Origin: Octopus sinensis
Taxonomy: Eukaryota
DNA length: 64,000 bases
Assembly (NCBI RefSeq): GCF_006345805.1
Contig: NC_043002.1
Location: 24,924,001-24,988,000 of the forward strand
Reading direction: 5' to 3'
Shown: one piece after another, positions 12,934 through 25,290 of the stretch
How positions within the stretch are numbered: position 1 is the first letter of the stretch
Layout: each line of letters starts with the position of its first letter
Translations under genes and position numbers: made by a program
Notes under the pieces: generated by a model
The model's database searches: none
Told to the model about the DNA's origin: nothing
What the model saw: the letters and a program-made list of their open reading frames with translations, nothing else

Positions 12934-14574
12934 CAAGGTGTGTTAAAAAGTTATCTGACTTTTTTTCCTGTCCTGCCAAAACTAATACCACATGGACAAA
13001 ATCCTTTGGGTAGAAGGTGACACTGCCCTTCCTGCACATGCATGACAATTTTAGCAGGAGTAGGCTGGATCAGTTCCCAGTTGTTACACCTAGACATATA
13101 ATGTGCACTCATCAGATTTTCGTTTTCACACAAGATGACAATGCATTGGGCAGAGATATTGCATTAAGTTTTGTCAAAACTCCGGAATACTCAAGATCAA
13201 ACCATCCAGAAAACTCATCAGGCCTTTGATGATGCCATGAGCAAAACTCAGATCAAGGAGTGATACAACTGCTTCAAATATGGCTGCACCTTAGTGGGGA
13301 GCAAGACATGCTCAGACTGGCCATCTACAAACCAAGACGGGGAACCAATTAAGGTTTGGCAAATAGTCATGAAAAACCATCACATAACAACCCAGGAAAT
13401 TGCTCACAAAGTCAGAATAAGCACAGGATCAGTGCATTCCATTTCAATGGAGGATTTGTGCATACAGTGTCATCAAAATTCATCTTCAAGTGCTGGTAGA
13501 GCAGCAGAAGTAACTCCACATGGAAATCACTCAGAACATGCTGGACAGTGCAAACCAGCCCAGACTTCATGAAGGCCATCATCACTGGTGATGGGACATG
13601 GGTTTATGGTTACAATCCAGAAACCAATTCCAGTCCTTTCAATGGAAGCATTCATCATCACTAAGGCCCAAATAAGCACGATAGGTTTATAGCTATGTGA
13701 AGGTAATGTTAACCTGTGTCTTTGATTCCCGTGTATCATGAATATGCACTACAAGATCAAAGAGGTTAGACATCACCTTTGTGATGCTGTGTGCTGAAAG
13801 CAAGCAGACGTAGGTGGCTAAGAATTGGCAACTTCACCATGACAATGTGCTTGGTCATTCTGGCCACATAATCTAAGCTTTCTTGGTCAAGAATAACACA
13901 CCATTTGCTCAACAGATTCCCTACTTGGTACTACGTGACTTCTGGCTCTTCCCCAAAGTGAATATCATGCTAAAAGGGAAGTAATTTGAGTTCATCACCA
14001 TCATTTAACGTCCACTTTCCATGCTAGCATGGGTTGAACGACTTTGACTGAGGGCTGACGAACCAGATGGCTGCACCAGGCTCCAATCTTGATCTGGCAG
14101 AGTTTCTACAGCTGGATGCCCTTCCTAACGTCAACCACTCTGAGAGTGTAGCGGGTGCTTTTTACGTGCCACTGGCATGGGCGCCAGTCAGGCGGTACTG
14201 GCAACGACCTCACTTGAATCTTTTTTACACGTGTCAGTGAAGCGACGTTGGTAACGATCATGCTTGAATGGTGCCCTTTTACATGCCACAGGCACGGAAG
14301 CCAGTCGGCTTCTCTGGCAACGATCACGCTCGGACTAGTATTCTACTAGCACATGCACGGGTGCCAGTAAGGCGATGCTGAAAAGGAAATTATGAAAGCG
14401 ACAGTGGAGTTACATAGCATCCCAAAGGTGTTACCACCAGTAGCAGAACCACTGGGAGAAGTGTATGAACTCTCCAAGGGGAGTATTTTGAAGATGATTA
14501 AATAAAATTTGTGAAATGAACAACATTGTTTTTTTGTTATGCCCAAAGGTCAGAAACTTTTTGAATGCACCTCA
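12934..14574 (+). mobile_element. Decayed mariner transposon with an RTE-X tail nested at ~13992-14372
   Basis: TIRs caaggtgtgttaaaaagttatctgac / gtcagaaactttttgaatgcacctca+TA; relic motifs HITTQEIAHKVRISTGSVHSI, IITGDGTWVYGYNPET, HHDN, DFWLFPK, GEYFEDD*. Confidence 0.85.
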
Positions 14575-15229
14575 TATTTGAATGTGTATAATGGATACAT
14601 ACATATGGAAAAGTGAACATTAAATGACAATAATACACATATATGGATGTATATAATGAGGGTATATATACATATATATTACTGTTGACATGAGATGATA
14701 ATTAAGGAGAAATAGATAAAGAACTATATACTGATGTGAGATAATATTTATTTATGCATGTATTTAACAAGGATAGTTGTTATTCCACTTTAACCAATAA
14801 AATGAATTTTCTGCCATATCAAGTGTCAATCCAATCAAGTAATCATTTCTTCTGTAAATTACAATTTATTATTTTCATTTGTTTTGTGATTCTGAGTGGT
14901 CTGTTCACATAAAATTCTTTTTACATCAGCCAGATGGTATTCTCCAGATTGTTGTTGATGCTTCCACCATGTGTATCTGTGGTATGACTTGTGAAGACTA
15001 TATCCAGGACATAAAAGACTTAATATACAGTATATCTTGTATATCATAAATTTAGCTCTTGATGCTTTCATGTGCCAGGCCAGTCCTGATTCAGCCAACC
15101 AAATATAGAACTCTGAAATCTTTTAATATATCAGTGATGAATTTGAACAATTGTTGATTCAGTTAGGAATATTATTCTGAAGAATACAATATGATCCGTA
15201 TTAAATCTTAGATCATGGGTTCTTTTGAG

Positions 15230-15900
15230 ATGTCATCTTCATACATGATTTTACATGCTGGTATGGTTCGGATGAATCTGTTTTAGCACAGCATCTCATC
15301 ATTTCCTTTGTGAGGTTCAGCATCTTGAGATTAACTATCGCCACTTCAACTGGCTCCTTCCATGGGGATTGCTTGATACTTCTTCATCTGCCATCTTTCA
15401 TACACCTCACATGTACATACCAGTGCAGTCTTTTCTCTCTTGCACACAAAAACTGATTTTTCTAATGCTCATTTTCTCTCTCACTTGTGTTTCATTTCTT
15501 GTACACACTGACATTACATAGCCACAGGAGAATACTAGCTTCATTTCTTTCCAGCTGGCATACCACACACAAACATCATACAACATACCCAAAGAAACTT
15601 ATCAACAGAGGTAATACTTCCCTAAACTTTTTCCACCTGTTCCTAACTCTGGCTATGTTTTTACACCTACTCCCACTCTCCACTGTTCATTTGGTCACCT
15701 AAGTAAAAACAACTGTTAACTAATTTTAAGGAGCCTTCTGGATAATTAAAGAACTAAATTTCCTGGGTATTGTTATTGTTAACTACTGAGCATCTGTTGC
15801 TTTTCATCGGTCAGTTTGTCTGAAATCCCACTGCACTCATCGTTTATATAAGATGTATTCTGTATAGTTTGGTGGTTCAGTGACACAAGAGTGTCAGCCT
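15230..15900 (-). mobile_element. Old RTE-X LINE relic (ORF C-terminus)
   Basis: Diverged similarity to 3900-4560. Confidence 0.6.
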
Positions 15901-16885
15901 AAAGTTTAGTTATTGCTAAGTTGTTACAGTAATTATGACAACAATTGAATGTCTGTATCTACACAATGTCCATAGTTAAGATACTAAAGTCTTCTTGTTA
16001 GCTAAAATTACCTCCCTGATCATAATTACAAATTAGTCCTATAATAAATATATCATACTTTAGATATCATAACAAAATATTTACAATCCATGTGTCAAGT
16101 ATCAATTAATAAAAACTGTTTTTTCTAATACAAAGGTTATATATTTTACACTAATTATCAAAAATGGAAGCTTTAATTTTCCAACTATATTTCTAAAATG
16201 AACAACTCTTAAGAAGACAGTAAATTTCAGTTTATTCTGAGAGTCTTAGACATTTGATTGCCATTCCTTCATATTTATTTCTTCTGTTACTAAGGATTAA
16301 AAAAAAACCCCAGAAAAACTGCTCCTTCTCCTGAAGAAAGTTGATACTAACACCTGAAACTTTATAAATTGTATATTTCACAAGTAAATATTAAACATGC
16401 TATATTGAATTGAAATCATCAAAAAAGTTCAACCTGTATACAACATTAATTCTTCAGTCTGCTTAAAATGAGCTCAACATGCAAATTCCAGGGAAAGTTA
16501 TTTGGTAGTTTCCCAAATATCTAGAATCATCTACAACAATGGTTTACCCTGTATATATGTGAGGTTCTTTTCTCATTTCTGCATCTAATCAAGTCTGAAG
16601 AAACAGACTTCATGGTAAAGCAGATTTATGTTAGTCAATTTTCAAAACAATAAAAACACACTGAAAGCCAGTGAAGGAAACACAATTCTTGTCATATCAT
16701 TTATAATGTTACTGCTAGTTGTGTTAAACCAACACTTCTCTAGATTTTTGCTTATAAGTGAATTTTCTGTAGATGGTAAAAGTCAGCAGTGTTGAGAAAG
16801 AGAGTGAGATTTATTTGCAAATGTCTTCATAGAAAGAAAGAATAAAATGATAACATTTTAATTTCAAAGTTTCATTACAGAAAGA

Positions 16886-17600
16886 ATGTTTCTGAATGTG
16901 GGAAATTGTTACAAATGTAGTATTTGTGGGAAAATGTTTACTACAAAATGTAACTTATCTGTTCATAGGTGCACTCATACATGGAGAAAGCCATACCACT
17001 GTGAAAAAATATGTAGGAAAACATTTTCTCAGTTTGGTAATTTAACAAGGCATAAACGTATTCACACTAAGGAAAAATAATACAAGTGTGATTATTGTAG
17101 GGAAAGCTGTTTCTAATATGAGTCATTTTCGAAGTGAGAAACCATACCACTGTGAAATATGTGGAAAATCATTTACTAAAAATGATCCTTTAACGGAACA
17201 CAAACGTACTCACATTGTGGAGAAATCAGATTACCATAAAATGTGTGAAACAGTTTTCAATTAAGGGGTATTGGGGTAAAATGACACCTGTGAAATTTGT
17301 TGAGGAATTTTTGTCACAATTCGGTCACTTATGTCCCTTCTGCTGGATAAAAATAATAGTTGTGATATTGTGGGAAATCATTTACTGATTGTAGTTATAT
17401 AACTACTCGTAAATGTAAATTTTATAATGAAGTTTCATTTGAAATATTGCCATTTATGTAAACATAAGTTTTTGTTACACAGAAATAAAACTAAACACTG
17501 TGACAATTGAATGTTAAAAATTCAAGTGTAAAAAATGACCTGTGGAATCTGTGGTAAATCAATTTCTGAGACTAATTACTTCTTAGGTAATGCAGATGTG
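16886..17600 (+). pseudogene. Decayed C2H2 zinc-finger paralogue (about 7-8 remnant fingers)
   Basis: [40 protein letters not shown] etc., broken by TAA at 17078-17080 and several frameshifts. Confidence 0.85.
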
Positions 17601-18564
17601 TAACAAGTTATGAATACTGTCATACAAAGCTGTTTTACTACTACTATTTTTGTTGTTCATCCTTGAATATATTAATTCTTAGATGCTATCGTTGCTGTCA
17701 TTCTAACTACCAAATGAGATCTAAATTCCTAGTCAAAATTTAACAGAATACTTCTTTAATAAAATATGAACCAAACCCTTCTATATGCTACCCATGTCTA
17801 CTGATTACTCCTCAGCTTTTATGAGAAATTTTTCAACCATTTTACCATTTACTACTAAAAGTAATATTTCAATAAATATTATATTGACAAATATAAACAT
17901 TTAGCATTTAAACTAGACATATCTGGCATAATTATTATCCCCCATTTTATGTTCAAACCAGCCAGATCTGGCCTCTCACATCTACCTTACAATGTCATTC
18001 TAAAAATAAACAATCACATCGTCAAAGTCTTGAAGCTACAAGATAATGCATGATCAAATCAAAACAGTACGAATAAGCCTTACATTTAGAAGAGTAATCT
18101 GAATGCTAAAGGGTTAAAATATAAGAGCTGGTATATTTCTATGAAGGTCTACTTGTATTAGACTTATAGTTAGGTGTTACACTTTGTGGGAAAGTATGGT
18201 GGGTCACTACCATATCCTCCAATTACAAACGACACAGTTAGCAATGAGTGGACTTCATCAATATTTTAATCAATGCACATAATGTAATATGCATTCCATA
18301 TCCCCATCTTAATAAAATGCAGCGACCTGCGTTCCCTGTGAAAAAGGTTTAAAATTAGAATGGTTCTATTTGGCAATGGTGCAACATCAACTATGAATTT
18401 TACACTTTTCTTTAGTTGCTGTAATGAACATTTTAGCCTGCTCCACTTCTATGTAACTTTTCTTTCAGTAATATTTCCTAAAATTAATTTCTGTACCATA
18501 TGAGAAGTGTGTGCTCTAGTACAGCCATGATCATGACAGTTGAACTAAAGAACAATATCTAAAT

Positions 18565-18855
18565 CAGTGGTTCTCAACCATTTTCTACCTATGGACACTC
18601 ATCATCATCATCGTCGTTTAGCGTCCGTTTTCCATGCTAGCATGGGTTGGACGGTTCTACTGGGGTCTGTGAAGCCAGAAGGCTTCATCAGGCCCAGTCA
18701 AATCTGGCAGTGTTTAACCATTTGAAATTAAATATCATTAGGAATTGTATTAAAAAATTATAAAACTATTTTGTGTATTATAGAAGTATAACCAATTTTA
18801 TTGCAGATAAATTTTAATAACAAAATCTTATATGGACCCCAGTTGAGAACCACTG
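18565..18855. mobile_element. hAT (Charlie-like) MITE with nested RTE-X tail (18601-18714)
   Basis: TIR cagtggttctcaac/gttgagaaccactg; perfect 8-bp TSD atctaaat (18557-64, 18856-63). Confidence 0.9.
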
Positions 18856-18970
18856 ATCTAAATTCTGTGCACTTACAATAAAATACCAGAGTGAATTTGT
18901 CTGAGTCTCGTTTGTGTTCACTAGCTGCACAATTCTTTACTAATACTGAACTACATAATTCCAGTTTGGT

Positions 18971-19397
18971 TTAACCCTTTCGTTACTGTATTTATTTTGA
19001 GATGCTGTGCAGGTGGCACGTAAAAAACACCCACTACACTCGCGGAGTGGTTGGCGTTAGGAAGGGCATCCAGCCGTAGAAACACTGCCAAATCTGACTG
19101 GGCCTGATGAAGCCTTCCGGCTTCACAGACCCCAGTTAAACCGTCCAACCCATGCTAGCATGGAAAACGGACGCTAAAATGATGATGATGATGATGATGA
19201 TGCTCTGTGTTTCTTTCAATTACTTTTAAATATAACAAAGAATTTAGTAAAATAACTTAGTTATCGTTAAGCTAGTGTTAGGAACATAAATTGTGACTAA
19301 GGTTTGGTGGAAGATTTTAATTCAAAACTTATGAAAACAAGACATTTGTACTCAGAGCCAGAGCCGGTTTCAGCCGGGTTGGTAATGAATGGGTTAA
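18971..19397. mobile_element. TTAA-flanked MITE with nested RTE-X tail (~19007-19204)
   Basis: ttaaccctttcgttac ... gtaatgaatgggttaa; insert flanked by gatgct on both sides. Confidence 0.75.
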
Positions 19398-19559
19398 TCT
19401 CTTCACTGACACACATCATATAATTTACACTCATACACATGTATTACACAATGTCTGTATTTGTATCTTTACAATTTTGATGAACCTATTTCTATTTCTA
19501 ATGTCTGTGAAGCCTGCTTCTCAACTAATGTGCTTTCATGTCATGTTCAGTCCTATTGG

Positions 19560-19870
19560 ACAACAGTTTGGCAAATTCCTTCAACGATAGCATCAAGTTG
19601 ACCAAAGCCATGTGAGTGAATTTGGCAAATGGAAACTGAAAGAAACCCATTGTTTGTATGTATGTATATGTGTTGTTGGAGGGAGTGGCTTCTTTGTCTT
19701 AATATTGCATGACAGTTGTAAACAAGCATCACTGTCATAAAGCAATGCTGCTCATTTCCAATCTTCAATGAAAAACATGTCTGGCCTTGTGAAAAATATT
19801 ACCATGTTTGGCAATGGAAAGGGCATTCAGCTATAGAAAATCTGCAGCAACAAATTCAGTCTGACCTATA
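19560..19870 (+). mobile_element. SINE B variant: family-B head plus RTE-X-like tail
   Basis: gaccaaagccatgtgagtgaatttggcaaatggaaactgaaagaaacc, then aagggcattcagctatagaaaatctgc. Confidence 0.6.
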
Positions 19871-21319
19871 TATATATATAAAACTTAATCAAGGGGAAAG
19901 ACAGTGTCCATAACTATTTAAAGTGCTCCTGAGAGTGATAGAAGAGAGGATAATATTCTCAAATCAGAAACCTGGCCTGAATGCTTGCAACAGAGTGGAC
20001 TCTGCTAAAGGCATCCATGAGCTAAGTGGTGGTGTTAATCAGGATGACAGATTAAACCAAACTATCAAGTAGGCTACAGCAGCATTTGAACTTTAAATAT
20101 GAAAAGCTAGAACAAATATTGCAAGGTCCAATGTTCGAATAATTCTGTCAATCCACTACCTAAACTAGTACTCTATTTATTGATCCTGGAAAGAACAGTA
20201 AAGTTGACCATGGCAAGCTTTGAAATCAGAATGCAAGAAACTTAAATAAATACTACAATGTATCCAGCTCAATGCTTTAATGACTCTGCTAGGATTCTGT
20301 TCGTTTTTTTTTTTTTTACATGTTTTCCCTTGTTAGCAGTGTTAAAGAGCATTGTTTTACAGTCAGATACTCTTCCTGACACTAGCCCTTACTTGTTTCT
20401 CAACTAAAGGATTTCTCATTTGACACACCTTAGAAGATATGATGCAATCAGTTGATCTACTGACAGGGGAAGTACCAAGAGAATACCATGCAAACAACAA
20501 CTTTCAACCAAGCAAAAGGCAAATGTAAACAAACACACAAACAAGAAAGTACAGACACATGTACGTGTATATACAAGTTTCTTTTTCAGTTCCCACCTAC
20601 AAAATCTCCTTGCAGGGCTTTGGGCAGCTTGAGGCTATAGTAAAAGACACTTGTCCAAGTGTTACATAGTGATACTGAATCCACAACCATGTGGTTGGGA
20701 TACAAATTTCTTTAACACAGCCATGAATATACACACACACATATATATATATATATAAGAATGAATGTTTTTATATATAATGAACGTGAAATACAGGAAG
20801 GGATGAACACGGAACACAGACAAATCATTCGAAGCCTTCAATCTTCAGTCAGACACCGTGTCATCACCATCAACATTTAATGTCTGCCTTCCATGCTAAC
20901 ATGGGCTGGATGGTTTGACATGAGCAGGTAAGCCAGAGGACTGCACCAAGTTCCACTGTCTAATTTGGCTTGGAAATACTGTATAGAAAATAGTAACTTC
21001 TGCTATCTCTTTAATCTGAACTTGGGTTTCTTAATTACTGATTACTCTAAATAAACAGTGTTGTTCAAGAACAATTCTTTTTAATAAGTAGCCATTGCCA
21101 TACATTCCTCAGCCACGAGAACTCTCCACTGACAACAATGACCCATTCTCATCCAGGATTCATTGTCCACTCATATCACGTAACTATATAGTCATCTCTC
21201 ATATACATCAGCTGCTGATGCCTTTAATACTTACATTGCATTACATTCCTTCAAACATATCATACAAACTGTTTTGCACTTTAAAAAAAAATATATACCC
21301 ATAGGAAAAAGATGAGTAC

Positions 21320-21560
21320 CCATGACATTTGCAGGTCTTCTTGAACCAGTGACACTGATGCAGTCCATGCTCAATGCCAGCATGTTTTAGTTGATACCTT
21401 CAGGAAATCATAGGCAAGGAGAGAATTCTAGAGACTTGCAGTTCTAAGGTGGAAGGACTGAGGTTTAGAGTAGAATCTGGTGAGGTAGATTGACCTGTGT
21501 AGAGAGTGTATACAGCTTGTCAATTCAGAGTTGTGGAAACTGTTGTAGCTATAATAAAGA
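21320..21560 (-). mobile_element. Degenerate CR1/L2-like LINE 3' fragment
   Basis: YSYNSFHNSELTS...TRFYSKP...RT... resembles LINE ORF2 C-termini. Confidence 0.4.
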
Positions 21561-22379
21561 CAGAGAGAGTGTGTTGGAGTAAATAATTTAACAATGTAGG
21601 AATATATTTATATAAGAAATACGAACAAGCTTTCTTCAATTATAAAGTCCACAAATCTTAGTACATAAAAAATAAGAACCATCTAAGAAAGTATCATTAG
21701 TTATAGTGTGTAAACAGACTCACCATGCTGTAATGTCCATATTGTCTTTATGACTATGCTCCAGTGTCTCTTGCCTCTTCTAGTAAACCATTATAGATAT
21801 GGACATACAAATTTATCACCAATAGTTTCACAAACATTCTGTTAACAGAGCAGTGTAAGCCATGCTGTATAAATGATAAAACAATACAATATATTGAATT
21901 ATATAACAATACAGATTTAAGTATAAGAATCATAATCTTTACCCCTCCTTGAAACAAAAAGGCTTAACCACATGTGAAATGAAGAATACTTCTAATTAAA
22001 TTTTCACCAATGAATTATTTCATGTTAATATCAACATTGGCTTTATAGTGTATTACTATCATTATTAACAATATTCATATTTGATTTCAATGGAAATAAA
22101 ATCAGTTATTTCCTGCTAACCACCATACTTCATTGTTATATTTACCTAACTGGAAACTAAAGATACTAGCTAGGATACACTATTTTGTTAACAATATTGT
22201 TTGCTGGCATATCTATTAAGCTTGACATCAAAAACAAGGTATAGGTCATTCAATTAATTTTCTACCAATAGAAACTAGATAGTAACTGAGATCAGGATGG
22301 TCAAATGCTAAAAATTTATACTGATTTACATAAAGCAGTCTGATTGAACAACCAAAACGGGCCATGATGAAATTGTGCA

Positions 22380-22740
22380 ACCTTTTTCAAAATATCTACC
22401 TAGCTGGAGATTGGAGGCTATGTTACTCCATGAGTAACTGTATGTGCCAAATGATACTGGACACATGGTTGTCAGAACATGTGATGGAATAATGAACCAT
22501 AGGCAACAGTGATCATCTTTTCATATGTACCACAATCAGACTTGATAGATGAGCAAAAGAATTGTTTCTGTACAGTTTCATTGCAGAATACCTCAATAAC
22601 AGAAATGATGACTTCTTTGTTATTGACGGGTAGCCTCAGGTCAGCCTTGAACAAACAGTCCACAGATACCAGACTAGTTGGCTGAACAAGGCATGAACCA
22701 CAAATATATCTTATCAATTTATTCCATGTCTTCATCTATC
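22380..22740 (-). mobile_element. Possible decayed RTE-clade AP-endonuclease fragment
   Basis: LRLP..KEVIISV....ETVQKQFF resembles RLPL...TIISAYAPT...EQFY; heavily degraded. Confidence 0.35.
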
Positions 22741-23182
22741 CAAAGAAATGACCATACTGCACATGCTCCAAAGACCATACTGCACGTATTGGTATGCAGT
22801 GAGTAATCACAAGAAGTGCACTATGAGAGTGTGGACATTTTGCATCCACTCTAGTCAAGGTGTACTCACTCAGAAAGCGACATTTACTGTTCCTCTGCAC
22901 TTACTATTGGTTATATACATTGCAGTACTGTATTGAGTCAGTGAGGCTAATGATGTTGCAGCTCTTTCTGTGTGTGTGTTTTTTTATATTTGTCTGGACT
23001 CAGTGGGAGAAACAGTGTTTTAGAATGTTATTGTAATGGTACTCTAAGTCTTATATATGCATTTGAGTCTCTGAACATAATTTTTTTTCATTTAATAGAC
23101 TAATAGTTCAAGATTCCTGTTGCAACAGTGCTATTTGTAGATTCAGGTGGTTTTTCACTTTTAATACTTATATTAGTGTATA

Positions 23183-23397
23183 AAGAGGTGCTGAAAAGAT
23201 CCTGGCTTTAAGTGTATCAAGAAAGGCCTAGTTGCAGGCCCAACCTTCTGAATTCTTTTAAAGAGCTTAGGAAAACTGAAGGACTGTTGCAGTAAGTGTG
23301 TGAATTTGAGAGGGGAATATTTTAAATAAAATCAGAACTAACTGATCCTCCTGTATTTTCTTTTACCCAAAGCCAGGAACTTTTCAGCACCCCCTTG
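23183..23397. mobile_element. Mariner-type MITE
   Basis: TA-flanked TIRs gaggtgctgaaaagatcctggc / gccaggaacttttcagcaccccc. Confidence 0.75.
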
Positions 23398-24282
23398 TAG
23401 GTGGTCTCTGTAAATCTGTTAATCATGCAAAGTGAGCTGTTTTGGGTTACCTGTAATCTTTTGTGATTTGTTGTGGAGTGAATAGGACCTCAGGCAGGAC
23501 TAGCATAGTCTTCGTTGGAAATAATGTAATGTTTGTACATCAGTTATTTTTTTTTTTATTTCTCAAATGTAATATCTGTGATTGCTCAATATCCATGTAT
23601 TATTTTGCTTTCTTTACAATATCTTTATTGTCTGCTGTGAATATAGTAGAAGAGTTGTATGTAACTCCTAGTATTTTTGTCTTGTGCATGTGTGTGTATA
23701 GTATATTCATGGCTTCCTGACAATAATTTGCAACCAGTCCACTACAAAAGTATGTCTGGACAGTTTGTTGTTTGATAGATTAGGTGATTATTACCCTACT
23801 TAGAAACGAGAGGGATAAGACAGGCTTATAGACATAGAAACTCTGCCCCAATGTACTCTTGTCTGACCCATATAAGCATGGAAACAATATGATGATGATA
23901 ACAACATACAGTTAAATTATAACAATAAATGATATTACAGAATACTTTGAGACTGAAGAAAAACATCAGTTAACTGCTACATATGTAAAATTACACTGTC
24001 TAGTGAAGAAGACAATAATATTACAAACAATCAGAAATATTTTCTATGATAGATGAATACAAGAATAACATAAGAACTGAAAGATAATACAACTTCTGTG
24101 ATAAAACCCTCCAAGACTTCTTTCCCACTGTGCTCCACCCTTGCTTCTCTTTCTTTTGCTGTGCTTTCTGCCATGTCTACACCCGTTTATCCTTTTTTTT
24201 TCAATGACTCTCTCCCTACAGCCTCTCAGTCTTCATCACATTTGTTTTTTTCTCATTCATGATCCCATCCATCCAACTTCTT

Positions 24283-24510
24283 ATTTCTTTATTACCCACA
24301 AGGGGCTAAACATAGACAAACAAGGACAGACAAAGGGATTAAGTCGATTACATCGACCTCAGTGCATGACTGGTACTTAATTTATCGACCCCGAAAGAAT
24401 GAAAGGCAAAGTCGAACTCGGCGGAATTTGAACTCAGAACGTGACAGCAGACAAAATACCACTAAGCATTTAGCTCGGCGTGCTAATGATTCTGCCAGTT
24501 CGCCACCCAA
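24283..24510 (-). mobile_element. SINE family A (tail type 1)
   Basis: Matches 7908-8107. Confidence 0.85.
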
Positions 24511-24929
24511 CTTCTTGCCCATATTCACTCTTATGTAAGTTTCCCTTACTTACCCTACCTCATCACTCTTTTTCACTAACCCCTTTCCTGTTACTCTCCA
24601 CTACCATGCTATCACAATAAAATTTTGTTTCTTCTATTAAACTAAACCCTTTCTCAACACCTTGCCTGAAAATTTCATTCTCTCTCTCTCAAGTATTCAT
24701 GGAGGCTCTTTAGTCTTGCAAGTTACAGGGCAACTTAACTGGTGCAAATACCAGAAAAAGAGCACCCTACATTCTATGAAGGGGTTGGTGTTAGGAAGGG
24801 GGTCAAGCCATAGACAGTATGCCAAGACTAAGACACTGGAGCAAATTGTGGGCCCTCAATTCATCAGATCTTGTCAAACCATCAAACGCATGACAGCATG
24901 GAAAAAAGAAGTCTGATGATGATGATGGT

Positions 24930-25290
24930 ATGTGTGTGGCTAATATGCCCACTTTCCAATCACATGGTTTGGGGTTCAGGCCCACTGTATAGCAACTTCA
25001 ACAAGCGTCTTCTGCTATAGACCTAGGCTAACCAAAGACTTGTAAGTGGATTTGATTGAAGGAAACAGAGAAGCATATCATATACATACATATAAGATGT
25101 GAGTTTCCTTGACATTGAGCAATAGTTGCATATAAGCGTCAGCCATATAAGTGGTGTCATTTGTTTGCAAACTTCCTCGCAAAGAAACAAGCGTTAGCAA
25201 CGGGAAGGGTATCTGGCCATAGAAAATTAGCCTCAACAAATTTCCGTTTGACTCATGCAAACATGGAAAAGCAGGCATTAAAACAATGAT
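24930..25290 (+). mobile_element. SINE B variant: family-B head plus RTE-X-like tail
   Basis: cacatggtttggggttcaggcccactg head; ends gggaagggtatctggccatagaaaa...catgcaaacatggaaaagcaggcattaaaacaatgat. Confidence 0.65.

Noticed and set aside
16331-16365. CTGAAGA...GAAAC hammerhead-like core
   Set aside because: No stem I complement and no plausible cleavage triplet; probably chance.
19104-19130. CTGATGA-AGCC-TTCC-GGCT as a hammerhead
   Set aside because: No GAAA follows; it is a point variant of the RTE-X tail ctggtgcagcc.
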